The notes under the pieces were generated by a model. That model searched no databases and was not told the DNA's origin. It was given only the letters and a program-made list of their open reading frames with translations. Positions 8,940-18,749 of a DNA stretch of 64,000 bases are shown here, in pieces. Made by a program: the position numbers and the translations under genes. The DNA comes from Candidatus Falkowbacteria bacterium RIFOXYA2_FULL_47_19 (GTDB lineage Bacteria > Patescibacteriota > Patescibacteriia > Patescibacteriales > UBA12075), in the NCBI GenBank assembly GCA_001780275.1, contig MFGB01000007.1, positions 66,280 to 130,279 on the forward strand, given 5' to 3'. Each line of letters opens with the position of its first letter. Within the stretch, counting starts at the first letter, position 1.

Positions 8940-11900
8940 TTACGCTTTTACATCTCCGAATTTAAGGCCCTTGGCCATACCGAATAAACCGAGAACGGCC
9001 AGGATAAGGGTTAAAAGTTCACTCAGATCAAAGCCGGTTTCAGCCAGGACAGCGACGGCCGTCACTTCTAAATCGGCGGTAGCTGTCACGTCAGCGGCGC
9101 TATTATCGGCTTTCACGGTGGCCGTATTGGCATAAGTTTTAGCCGCGGCCTCATTATTGACGTTCACGGTATAGGACATTTCCTTCTTTTCCCCGGCAGC
9201 CATATCGCCGATCGTCCAGGTGCGGGTTAATTCCTCCATATCGGCAAAAACTAAACCGGCTTCAAGCGTATCGGTCAAAACCACGTTGGCGGCGATGACG
9301 TTACCGGTATTGGTAACGGTCAGGGTATATTTGACGCCGGTATCGCCCGGATTAGCTTTTTCGCGATCAACGGTTTTGGCAAGGGTCAGGATAACTTCAC
9401 TCGCTTCGCCTAATACCGATACCGAGATCGGTTCCGGATTCTCGACCGGGGCCGAACCGGCTTCTCCGGTCTTGTATTCCACCTGCTTGCCGATTTTCTC
9501 CGGCGAAGCGGATGATACCGGCCGGAAATAATAGGTCGTATTCGGAGTTAATCCGGTGATCGTTACCGAATGTCCGGTCACGTGTTCTTCGTCTAATTCA
9601 GTTGACCACTGGTAGCCGTAATTCGGGGCCGATTCCCCGGATACGTCCGGATGGCTGACCGTATCGTAAAGCACGCGTGAAGTGCCCGGTTTGTTGGTAA
9701 GCCAGGTAATAGTAATATAATCTCCGCTCAGTTCATTGGCTCTTTCGTTATAAAGCGTAAGCTCGGAGGGCAACCAGCCGCTCCCGCCCGTTTGCTCTTC
9801 CTTGGCGTATTCACAGCTCTGGTCATTGTTAGTGGCGTTCGGATTATAATTAGTGGCGGAAGAATCAGTACAGCCGTAAACCGGTTCATAATGATTCAGG
9901 AAATAAACTTCAGCATAATCATCCTCGCCGCTAATTTCAACGATTATGGCGTTACCGTCCTGATTATAGCAGGTATTATTACTGCCGACCCCGGTCTGAG
10001 TCCAGCCGGCTTGTGAATCTTCGATAATAGTGTAAGTACCGTAAGGTACAATAAAATCAACACAGCCGTAATTTTCACTGTTTTCTCCCTCAGTCGCGCC
10101 GCTATCTTCATGCTCATTATCGCCGCTGATATTCATGGTCCAGCCGGCAAGCGGATGCAGTATCTGTTGCATAGTGGCCAAGGCTTCTTTGATCTTTACT
10201 GCGTTCCATATTTTATCGACGAAAGATACGTCCTGTGGCGGCGTATATTCCGAATAATCCGGGTAGCCGTCGCCATCCGTATCCTCGTATTTGCAGACCT
10301 GGATCGTGCCTGTATAGGTCGGACAAGTGTCCATATTACAATCCTGGCTGCCGGTCGGTTTATCGCCGTCGCAATATTCGTCATCAATGGTAGCGCCGCT
10401 ATCATCACGGCACTCTACGGTCCGATCCTGAGTGCCGCCGCCGCAATCGGCGCTGCAATCTCCCCATTCGCTCATATACCAGGCATAAGTCGGTTCCGGT
10501 TCAGGGCATTCAGTCAATTCTACCTGGACATCGTCAAGCAAGGTGCCATAAGAATCCGACGTGCCTAAATCGGTAAATTCCAGGTCCGTAGAATCACTGT
10601 CGGCAGTCATAGTATATTCATATTCGGTCCAGGCGGTATCGGTATTATCAGAACCATCGGCGCTTACCGTTTCGTCGATAGAGCCGAATTTTATACCTAA
10701 GCTGTTATTTGCTGAATCTGTCTCAGGGCGCGGCGAAAATTTAAAGGTAAGTTTATAAGTCGCACCGGGAATAGTGGTAATGTTTTGAGAGATAACTACC
10801 GAAGCCGCTTCGTTGCCTTCAGCCGGATAATCAGTATCAAGCTCGGCCCATTGACTGCCTTCGCCCGCGGTCCAGCCTAAACCGGTAGTTTGCAGTTCTA
10901 AATTAGCCATTTCCGGCGCGCCTTCGTCCGGATTAACCCAGGAAACGGCCCAACCTAAACCTTCTGTGCCGGAGGGATAGACCTGCCACTTGCCGTCATG
11001 TTCGGTAACGGTCGGTGTTTCAAAATCGCCATTCATTATTTTAATAGCGCCGGTTTCGCAAGCCGGAGTCTGGCAAACGGTTTCATTGGCGCAATCACTA
11101 TCGTCGCAATCTACGTCACCGTCTCCGTCATTGTCAACGCCATCAACGCAATCATCTTCTATCGGCTCTTCGCAAGCATCGCCCGCGCTGTTCCCGTAAC
11201 TATTTTCCTGGGAGGGATTAGAGATAGTCGGACAATTGTCGCAAACATTACCCACTCCATCCACGTCAGAATCTTCCTGGCCCGAGTTAGCGACCGAAGG
11301 GCAATTATCGCAGGCATCGCCTTTGCTGTCCCCGTCAACATTAACTTGGTCCGGATTGGCAGTACTGGGGCAATTATCCTGACTGTCGCAAACGCTGTCT
11401 TCATCCGCATCCGGACAAGCGCAAACCGAATCGGAGCCGTCGCAATCCTGATCCATGCCGTCGTCGCAAACTTCCTCGGCTCCGGGATTAACGGAACCGT
11501 CATCATCATCGCAGTCGTCGCCGCCGCATGCTAAATTAAGATAACCGTCGCCATCTAAATCCAGATTATCGGTTATGCCATCGCAATCATTATCTACCCC
11601 ATCGCCGCAAACCTCCGCGCCCGTAGCAGTGCATTCATCGCAAACGTCGCCCTGTCCGTCTTGATCGCTGTCGGCCTGGTCTGTGTTGAAAACCATAGAA
11701 CAATTGTCGCAGGCATCGCCCAAGCCGTCGTCGTCGCTATCAAGCTGGTCGGCATTGGCGGTTGAGGGGCAATTGTCCGCACAATTTGCATCTCCGTCCC
11801 CGTCAGCATCAAAACCTTCGTCAATCGCGCCGTCGCAATTATTGTCAATACCGTCGCAAACTTCCTTGGCCCCGGGATAAACAGAACCATCGTCATCGTC

Positions 11901-12716
11901 GCAATCACCGCTACAATCGCTATATCCGTCACTGTCATTATCCGGCTCATCAACGGTTTCGCTATTACAATCGTCATTAATGCCATTGCAGGTTGTTTCC
12001 ATGGCCCCCGGATTGATTGCCGGATTATTATCGTCGCAATCCGCGCCATTCGTGCAATTCTGGCCATAACCATCGCCGTCATCATCAATGCAAACCGGGG
12101 CTGGCGTATAATAAACTTTTACGCGCACCTGGTCTACATACAAAATACCGCCATTATTATTACCGTTAGCATCAAGAAAAATTCTAAACTTATTATCACT
12201 AAAATCACCTAATGACCAGGTTCTGCCCCATTTATCTGTCGCGCCCCCAAGAGGACTAACGTTGTCAGAATATGGATGCGAGGAATCTTTGTGTACGTTG
12301 GTTGTTTTACCAGACGTAACATGCGAACCACCATCCCAAGATATCTTAACGTCAGCCTGTCTTGTGTTAGAGGTGTATCCCTCTACTTGAACTTCAATGC
12401 CGTTTATTGTGGCTCCGGCCGGAATGGAAAAACCAAAATTTTTATAAAAAATCTTGTCATTAGAGGAATCAGCTGATGCCCGATGATTATCAGAGGAATA
12501 TACGTATGTCGGGTTTACCCAACCGCCACCAGTATTGCCCTCATTTCCCGTAGGCGCTTTAAATCCGCTATCCGCCGCCTCTACCGTCGGCGCGACAAAA
12601 AACACGCCCATTAACGACATGTTGAAAATTAACACCGATAAGCTGAAAACGCTTAAAAGCTTATAACCGCCCTTTTTGATGCGCTCCAGGCGATAAAAGC
12701 CCATTTTTTTATGCAT
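8940..12716 (-). CDS. Modular cell-surface protein (1258 aa): N-terminal beta-sandwich, MopE-like and thrombospondin type-3 Ca-binding repeats, DUF642-like, TSP1, CnaB-like, FN3-like, DUF11, LAETG anchor
   Basis: DCDD....NPGA.E.C.g.DnDC and DNCP..aN.dQ.D.D.DG.GD.CD repeats; NGDFETP..WAELD..ISQ..TLLDDV; WYMSEWGDCSADCGGGTQDR; C-terminal LAETGF + TM. Confidence 0.9.
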   Translation of the reverse strand: MHKKMGFYRLERIKKGGYKLLSVFSLSVLIFNMSLMGVFFVAPTVEAADSGFKAPTGNEGNTGGGWVNPTYVYSSDNHRASADSSNDKIFYKNFGFSIPAGATINGIEVQVEGYTSNTRQADVKISWDGGSHVTSGKTTNVHKDSSHPYSDNVSPLGGATDKWGRTWSLGDFSDNKFRIFLDANGNNNGGILYVDQVRVKVYYTPAPVCIDDDGDGYGQNCTNGADCDDNNPAINPGAMETTCNGINDDCNSETVDEPDNDSDGYSDCSGDCDDDDGSVYPGAKEVCDGIDNNCDGAIDEGFDADGDGDANCADNCPSTANADQLDSDDDGLGDACDNCSMVFNTDQADSDQDGQGDVCDECTATGAEVCGDGVDNDCDGITDNLDLDGDGYLNLACGGDDCDDDDGSVNPGAEEVCDDGMDQDCDGSDSVCACPDADEDSVCDSQDNCPSTANPDQVNVDGDSKGDACDNCPSVANSGQEDSDVDGVGNVCDNCPTISNPSQENSYGNSAGDACEEPIEDDCVDGVDNDGDGDVDCDDSDCANETVCQTPACETGAIKIMNGDFETPTVTEHDGKWQVYPSGTEGLGWAVSWVNPDEGAPEMANLELQTTGLGWTAGEGSQWAELDTDYPAEGNEAASVVISQNITTIPGATYKLTFKFSPRPETDSANNSLGIKFGSIDETVSADGSDNTDTAWTEYEYTMTADSDSTDLEFTDLGTSDSYGTLLDDVQVELTECPEPEPTYAWYMSEWGDCSADCGGGTQDRTVECRDDSGATIDDEYCDGDKPTGSQDCNMDTCPTYTGTIQVCKYEDTDGDGYPDYSEYTPPQDVSFVDKIWNAVKIKEALATMQQILHPLAGWTMNISGDNEHEDSGATEGENSENYGCVDFIVPYGTYTIIEDSQAGWTQTGVGSNNTCYNQDGNAIIVEISGEDDYAEVYFLNHYEPVYGCTDSSATNYNPNATNNDQSCEYAKEEQTGGSGWLPSELTLYNERANELSGDYITITWLTNKPGTSRVLYDTVSHPDVSGESAPNYGYQWSTELDEEHVTGHSVTITGLTPNTTYYFRPVSSASPEKIGKQVEYKTGEAGSAPVENPEPISVSVLGEASEVILTLAKTVDREKANPGDTGVKYTLTVTNTGNVIAANVVLTDTLEAGLVFADMEELTRTWTIGDMAAGEKKEMSYTVNVNNEAAAKTYANTATVKADNSAADVTATADLEVTAVAVLAETGFDLSELLTLILAVLGLFGMAKGLKFGDVKA

Positions 12717-13037
12717 ATTTTTCTATATCCCGCCCCGAAATTCATAAAAATATGAACTATGGACGGAAATTATTTATAAAAAATTTTAACGAATAAATAA
12801 AAAACAGCCCCTCGTGCTTTCATCGTAGGACAATCAAGGCTTAATCCTATTATTACATATTTTTAAAAATCAAGCAATATTCAAGTAACTTTAATCAGAC
12901 AAGAAAAGCCCTGTTGGGCTTTTCGCAGTCCGCCTCGGGCGTGATCGGTTATTAGCTCGCCACACTCAACAAACCTTAGTTATAAAAATCACAAAATATT
13001 GAAATTCCTTTACGATAAAAAGCCGATATTTATTATC

Positions 13038-14624
13038 TTAATTCGCGGCTTTTTTCCGAAGTATTGCCGCCGAACCCGCCAAAACCAGCATTACGCCCAA
13101 TAGCACGATAAATTCAACATTATCAAAGCCGGTTTCCGGCAATTTAACGGGTGCCGGCGCTTCCCCGCCCATAGGCGCTCCGACCGTACTTCCTTTAACT
13201 TCAATAGCTAAGGTAGCCATGACCGGATTATGGTTAGAGGCGTATACCACGGCCGTATTCGCGTAAGTTCCGGGTAAAGCCACCGCGCCAACGTCTACCA
13301 GATATTTTATGACCTTGACCTCCCCGGGAAGAATATCGCCCAAGCTCCAGGTTTTGACCGGCTCGCCCGTGTCGGCGTGCACGAGGCCGCCGTAAAGGGT
13401 ATCGGCTAAAGTAACCGCATAGGCGGCTAAATTACCCTGGTTGACGACCGTGATCGTATATTCGATGCTGCCGCCGCCGATATTGGCCGTAGTCCGGTCA
13501 GCGGTTTTTTCTATGGTTAATTCCGGATTTCCGGCCTCTCCTAAAACCTCGGTTTCTTCCGTAGCTGCCGGCAGTGTTTCCGGGACCGTTACCGGAGCCG
13601 CCGGCTTAATTTCTCCGACAACAATATCGGCCGTAGCCGTGACCGGAGAATGATTCGCGGCAAAGGCCTGCGCCACGTTAGTATAGATTCCGGGCGTGGC
13701 CGAAGTCGCGATATCGACAAGGTAGGTAATATTCTTTATCGTTCCCGGTTCTATGTCTCCCAGAAACCATTCTTTGGACGTGTCGTCGGTGCCGTCGAAA
13801 ACGAGCCCTGCGGGCAGATTATCGACCACGTTCACGGCATAAGCCGTCAGATTCCCGTTATTCGCGACCACGATCTTAAATATTTTTTCGCTGATCAAAT
13901 CCGAATTGTTGGCATTCTGGTTGAGTATTACCTTCCCGATCGATAAATTAGGCGTGCCGGCCTCGCCCAAGACCACGGTCTCCGCGTCTCCGCCCAAGGG
14001 CGCGAGGGCCGGCGTCGAGGTGCCTGGTTCGAGACTGCAGGAAATCGTACAATGGTAGCCCGCCTGTACGCCAAGGTCGCCGTCGCAGGCCTCGAAATAC
14101 TCCGTAATGCCGTTGCCGCAATAAAAAGACTCTTCCTCGAATATTCCTTCGTAATTGGCGAAATCAACTTCTACCGCTTCTCCCGCTTTAAGGCCGATAT
14201 TATAATCCACCCCCTTGGGCACAGTCTGGGTCCAGCCCTCTTTTTTTATCTCTTTTAAGCGATATTTCCCTTCCGATAAACCGGAAAAGGAGAAACAGCC
14301 GTTAATATCCGTGGTTGTGGCCGCGTAAACCGAACAAACATCATTCACATTGAACGCGAACTCCCCTGTTTCGCTAATATTACCGCAATTTTCCAAAACA
14401 ATCTCCCAGCCAGGCAATTTTTCCCAGGTTTTTTCAACTTTGCCCGTGCCGCTTATATCGCGGTAACTGCAGCCGGAAACAGAACTTAAGACCGGAACGG
14501 AACTCGTGGCCTCCGTGCTGGTCGCTTCGGCGGATACGGCCTTAACGCCCAGAAAAAAAATGCCGGAGGTAAGAAGAAATAATATTATCAGGCTGAATTT
14601 AATACTTTTGGCCGTTTTAAACAT
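13038..14624 (-). CDS. Cell-surface protein: SdrD-B-like domain, Cys-rich repeat, 2x DUF11, LPETG anchor
   Basis: Start likely MFKTAK at 14624; signal ..VKAVSA; LPETGF + TM + RKK. Confidence 0.88.
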   Translation of the reverse strand: MFKTAKSIKFSLIILFLLTSGIFFLGVKAVSAEATSTEATSSVPVLSSVSGCSYRDISGTGKVEKTWEKLPGWEIVLENCGNISETGEFAFNVNDVCSVYAATTTDINGCFSFSGLSEGKYRLKEIKKEGWTQTVPKGVDYNIGLKAGEAVEVDFANYEGIFEEESFYCGNGITEYFEACDGDLGVQAGYHCTISCSLEPGTSTPALAPLGGDAETVVLGEAGTPNLSIGKVILNQNANNSDLISEKIFKIVVANNGNLTAYAVNVVDNLPAGLVFDGTDDTSKEWFLGDIEPGTIKNITYLVDIATSATPGIYTNVAQAFAANHSPVTATADIVVGEIKPAAPVTVPETLPAATEETEVLGEAGNPELTIEKTADRTTANIGGGSIEYTITVVNQGNLAAYAVTLADTLYGGLVHADTGEPVKTWSLGDILPGEVKVIKYLVDVGAVALPGTYANTAVVYASNHNPVMATLAIEVKGSTVGAPMGGEAPAPVKLPETGFDNVEFIVLLGVMLVLAGSAAILRKKAAN

Positions 14625-14859
14625 AAAAATAAGGCTTATTTTGAATAAAAAAAACCCGCGTAGCATTTTAGCCGGCAGGGCGCGGTTTTTATCTGAAAGA
14701 TTTTTTTGAAATAAGCTAGAATTCTCATAACATTAGATTGGTTTTCTCCTTGTTTGATTAAAATCACATTAACACAGTCGAAAAAATAAGTCAATATCCG
14801 AAAATACAAAAAAACGCTTGAGAGATCAAGCGTTTTTAAGTTATTTTAAACGAAAATAT

Positions 14860-17304
14860 TTATTTCAGTATATCCGCGAATTGTTCCCTGACCACATCGG
14901 CCGTTTTTTGGTCTAAGATATCCATAAGGGCGGATAATTGCTCCCGGCATTTATCCAACTCACCTAATTTGCGGTACATGACGGCTAAACTATAGCGGGC
15001 ATTGGCGTGATTCGGGCTGACCGACAGGATGTTCAGGAATAAGGCTTCGGCGATATCAAGATCTTCGTTTCGTCCCACCACGTTGCCTGTCAGCTGATCC
15101 GGTTTTACGCTTAATTCATCGCCCTCGCCCCCTTCTTCTTCGACCGTAAATTCGCTCTCCGTGATCTCCTTGGTGGCCGTCTGGTTAAGGTTAAGCTGAG
15201 CGACGCCGCGATTAAAGAATAAGCGCCCCAATTCGAACCGGTAATCGATATTGTTGCCGGCGATCAGGCTGGCCCTCTTTAACTGTTCGATCGCGTCATC
15301 GATATTGCTGAGCTTTTCCGAGGCTATGGCCTTGCCATAATAGGCCGAGGCCAGATCTCCCTTTTTCTCGATCGCCCGGTCATAGAATTTTACGGCTTCG
15401 CCGACATAATATCCCTGCTCGGTCTTATCGGTTTCGGCGTTAGCCCTGGCCATGTTTATCAAAGCCGTCCTTAAATACGGCACCGGGTTGCTCGGATCGA
15501 GCTCCATGACTTTTTTATAAAGATTTTCGGCCCACTCCAAGGCTCCCCGGGTATAAAACGAGGCGTTTTCGTAAATAAGGGCCAAAGATTCGTTGTTCAT
15601 GGCTTTATTCCCCGAAATCTCAACGGCCTTTTTCCCGTTCTCGATCGCTAAGCTCAAATTGGCGCCTACTTCCGCCTGTCCCCCTCCGGCCAAAGCTATT
15701 TGATTGGCCTTGGACATATAATTATTAGCCAAACCCAGGTAGTAACTATCCTGATATGGCGCCAAAGAGATAGCTCTTTGTAATTTCAGGATTTTACTGT
15801 CCACGACCTGGTCATCGATGGCTTTTTTAGCGTAAATATCGCCCATATACATCTTAAGCCCCATAGTGAACAAAACGACTACGCCGGCGCTTACGCACAA
15901 AAATATCGCGGCCAAAGCCAGGGCATACTTGGCCGAAGACCGGAAAGACAGCTTAAGCGTTTTGAATTTTTCGGGATACATTATTATGGCGACCGATACG
16001 GCTAAAACGGATATTATGACATTAACCAGGATTATCGAACCGTTTTGGGCGAACAAGAGGGCGAAAAGAATAATCGAAATCAGACTGGCGAATAGCGCCA
16101 GGAGAATTGAATTAACGCTCTTTTCCTCGGTTTTTATCAGCGTCAGGAAGGTAATGGAGAGCGCGATCAAGACCACGATACCGACGGCCACCGTACCCAA
16201 AACCCCGACCGAGGAGAGAAGTTCGAATACAATACCGCTCGCGTTATCGAAGCGCATGTTCCACAGCGGCGAACCGTTAAAGCTCAGGTCGCGGAAACGG
16301 GAAAAATTATAATAGAACGTCGAGGGACCGGAGCCGAAAATCGGATTTTCCATTACGCTGTTCCTGGAAATCTCCCAGGAAGCTCCCCGGGACAGGCTGA
16401 CTTCAGCCGGCAAATTCAGAGTGGCGATATTAAAATTTCCCAATACCAGCAAAATGATCAAAGCCAGAAAAACGAACAAGGGTATCAGGAGATTATTATT
16501 CGTGATTTTTATGATCTTTGACAGGAAGAACATTAAAACGATCACAATACTCACTATGGCCACGGGCCAAAAGGTAAAACCGTTGAGCAGGGCCAATATG
16601 GCCAGATCGAGAGCGACGATCAAACCCGACAGGATTTTTAAAATATAAACCGGCGCTTTCCGGGCCTGCGGCATTAATTCCCGCGTTTGGGCCGCCGCGA
16701 TAAGTAAGATCGGCAGAATTATTACCAAATACATGGTCAATTCGGAGAGCGAACCCAGCGGATTAAAACTCTGGGCATGGGTAAAAGAGGCTGGCCACAT
16801 GTATATTTTAATAAGCTGCAGGAAAGAAAAAAGCGTTAAAACCGTGCCGGAAGCAAAAGCGGACCAGAATACGGTTTTTACGCGCTCCTTAGAAAGATTA
16901 TTGATGACCAGATAATAAAACAAAATAAAAATGACCAAGGCCAGAAGGCTTTTGCTGGAGCCGCCGTAAGAACCGATCAGGCTGTCTTTACTGCTTATCG
17001 ACATTATCGTGGAAACCGCGAAAACCACCAAGGTAGCTAATATCGGCAGATCCAGAGGCGTCCTTTTAAGGGTTAATTCGCCCAATATGGCGCCTTTGGT
17101 TACCCAGGCAACGACACCTAAGAGCACCAGAAAATAGAACAAAAGCAGCTTCTCAAAACCCATGCCCTGGGCCACCAACCCGGTAAAAAACAAAGGGCAA
17201 AGGAAAAAAACCAGGCAAATCGCCCCTATTATTATAATATCCAGCCCCTTGGTCGAGGTGTTTTTGCCGGCCTTGATCTGATTATTTTGTTTTAATTCTT
17301 CCAT
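14860..17304 (-). CDS. O-antigen ligase/O-oligosaccharyltransferase-like polytopic membrane protein with C-terminal TPR repeats
   Basis: About 12-13 TM segments; W..s...v.eNPIFGSGPstF loop and e.l...GvLG segment typical of Wzy_C; TPR-like AYYGKAIA, YRFELGRL, ARYSLAVM. Confidence 0.75.
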   Translation of the reverse strand: MEELKQNNQIKAGKNTSTKGLDIIIIGAICLVFFLCPLFFTGLVAQGMGFEKLLLFYFLVLLGVVAWVTKGAILGELTLKRTPLDLPILATLVVFAVSTIMSISSKDSLIGSYGGSSKSLLALVIFILFYYLVINNLSKERVKTVFWSAFASGTVLTLFSFLQLIKIYMWPASFTHAQSFNPLGSLSELTMYLVIILPILLIAAAQTRELMPQARKAPVYILKILSGLIVALDLAILALLNGFTFWPVAIVSIVIVLMFFLSKIIKITNNNLLIPLFVFLALIILLVLGNFNIATLNLPAEVSLSRGASWEISRNSVMENPIFGSGPSTFYYNFSRFRDLSFNGSPLWNMRFDNASGIVFELLSSVGVLGTVAVGIVVLIALSITFLTLIKTEEKSVNSILLALFASLISIILFALLFAQNGSIILVNVIISVLAVSVAIIMYPEKFKTLKLSFRSSAKYALALAAIFLCVSAGVVVLFTMGLKMYMGDIYAKKAIDDQVVDSKILKLQRAISLAPYQDSYYLGLANNYMSKANQIALAGGGQAEVGANLSLAIENGKKAVEISGNKAMNNESLALIYENASFYTRGALEWAENLYKKVMELDPSNPVPYLRTALINMARANAETDKTEQGYYVGEAVKFYDRAIEKKGDLASAYYGKAIASEKLSNIDDAIEQLKRASLIAGNNIDYRFELGRLFFNRGVAQLNLNQTATKEITESEFTVEEEGGEGDELSVKPDQLTGNVVGRNEDLDIAEALFLNILSVSPNHANARYSLAVMYRKLGELDKCREQLSALMDILDQKTADVVREQFADILK

Positions 17305-17479
17305 ATTTTTTTACCTTAAAGATAAAAAACCGCCAAAAGAGGCTTTTTTGCCCCTTAAAAAATTTCGGTCGTTTATCCACAATTAATATATAAACTTCTA
17401 TTATTTTATCAGAAATAAAAGGCCATGTCTAATAAAATCAGGAAATAATACTATGCGCGCGATAAATAAAAAATTGATT

Positions 17480-18625
17480 TTAATCTAATAGTTCAAGATA
17501 GCCTTTGGCGGTATTTTCCCACGAAAACCGATGTTGGCGCTTGTCGCGGTTTGTCGCCAAGAAAGAAGCCGGGTTGCTGCTGTTTAAAACCACGGAAATA
17601 GCGCCCGCAATTTCCGCGATATTTCCGGAATCGACCAGCAAGGCCTCTTGGCCGACAACTTCCGGCAGGCTTGAATTAGATCCGGCTATGACCGGCACGC
17701 CGCAGGCAGCCGCTTCCAGGGGTGGAAACCCGAAACCCTCGTAAAACGAAGGGTAAACGAACAGGGCGGCCAGATTGTAAATATAAACCTTGTCTTCTTC
17801 GTCTATATAACCGATGAATTTTATGTCTTGGCGGTATTTCGATTCCCGCCATTCCCGGAAAATATCTTCAGATTTCCAGCCTTTAGCTCCGGCGATAACG
17901 AGCTTCATGTCCCTTAGACCGCTGTTGGCGTCCCGAAAGATGCCGTAAGCCCGGATCAGACCGGGTACGTTCTTGCGCGGCTCAAGATTACCTACGTACA
18001 GTATAAAATTCGGCGGTAAGCCGTATTTTTTCCGCACGGCCTCGAATTCTTCCCGTTTTTCCGTCCGGTCAAGCGGCTGATAACGGCGGCTGATGCCCGG
18101 GCGGATAACCTTTATCCGGGCCTCGTCGATGCCGCAAAGTTCGATTATGTCGCGCTTGGTATTTTCGCTGACCGCCGCGATCATGTCGAATTCTTTAAGT
18201 ATCTTTTTGACGTTAAGGGCGCGATGCCAGATATTCTTGCGCAGGGAAAAAAACTCGGGATAACGCAGGAAAGACAGATCGTGGACGGTTATGATCTTCC
18301 GGCAACGGCTGGATAAGGACAAAAAATTAATGTGGGGAGCGATAAACCGTTCTACTCCGAGCAGGCGGTCGATCTTCGGGCGGCTCAGGGTTTTCTGCAT
18401 AAAATAATTGAATATCTTATTCGGATAGCGGATGCGGACGACCCGCGCGTTATCGGCGTTGAATTCCGGGATCCTGGAACTAACATCGCGGCCGGAATTA
18501 TAAAAAAGCCGGTATTCCCGGCTTCGATCGACCTCTAATATTTTCCGCACGAGATTATAAGTATAGCCGGACACGCCGCTCCAGTTTTCATCCATCAGGG
18601 TTCGGATGTCGATGCCTATTTTCAT
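17480..18625 (-). CDS. Glycosyltransferase family 4
   Basis: MKIGID, TVHDL, VGNLEPRKN, PSFYEGFGFPPLEA. Confidence 0.92.
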   Translation of the reverse strand: MKIGIDIRTLMDENWSGVSGYTYNLVRKILEVDRSREYRLFYNSGRDVSSRIPEFNADNARVVRIRYPNKIFNYFMQKTLSRPKIDRLLGVERFIAPHINFLSLSSRCRKIITVHDLSFLRYPEFFSLRKNIWHRALNVKKILKEFDMIAAVSENTKRDIIELCGIDEARIKVIRPGISRRYQPLDRTEKREEFEAVRKKYGLPPNFILYVGNLEPRKNVPGLIRAYGIFRDANSGLRDMKLVIAGAKGWKSEDIFREWRESKYRQDIKFIGYIDEEDKVYIYNLAALFVYPSFYEGFGFPPLEAAACGVPVIAGSNSSLPEVVGQEALLVDSGNIAEIAGAISVVLNSSNPASFLATNRDKRQHRFSWENTAKGYLELLD

Positions 18626-18693
18626 ACTAAAAAATATTATCTAATTATACCAAGCGAACGCTTCTACTGCGCGTGCATTTTATTACTGTATCA

Positions 18694-18734
18694 CAATATC
18701 CCTGCCCGCCGGCAGGCAGGCAATATCTAATATC
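18694..18734. repeat. CCTGCC hairpin embedded in a (C/T)AATATC heptamer array
   Basis: caatatc-cctgcccgccggcaggcagg-caatatc-taatatc. Confidence 0.7.
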
Positions 18735-18749
18735 CAATTATATTTATCA

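Noticed and set aside
12790..12985. Riboswitch upstream of the 1258-aa adhesin
   Set aside because: Only a terminator-like stem (gaaaagccc..gggcttttc) and a short GC-rich patch; no recognisable aptamer consensus
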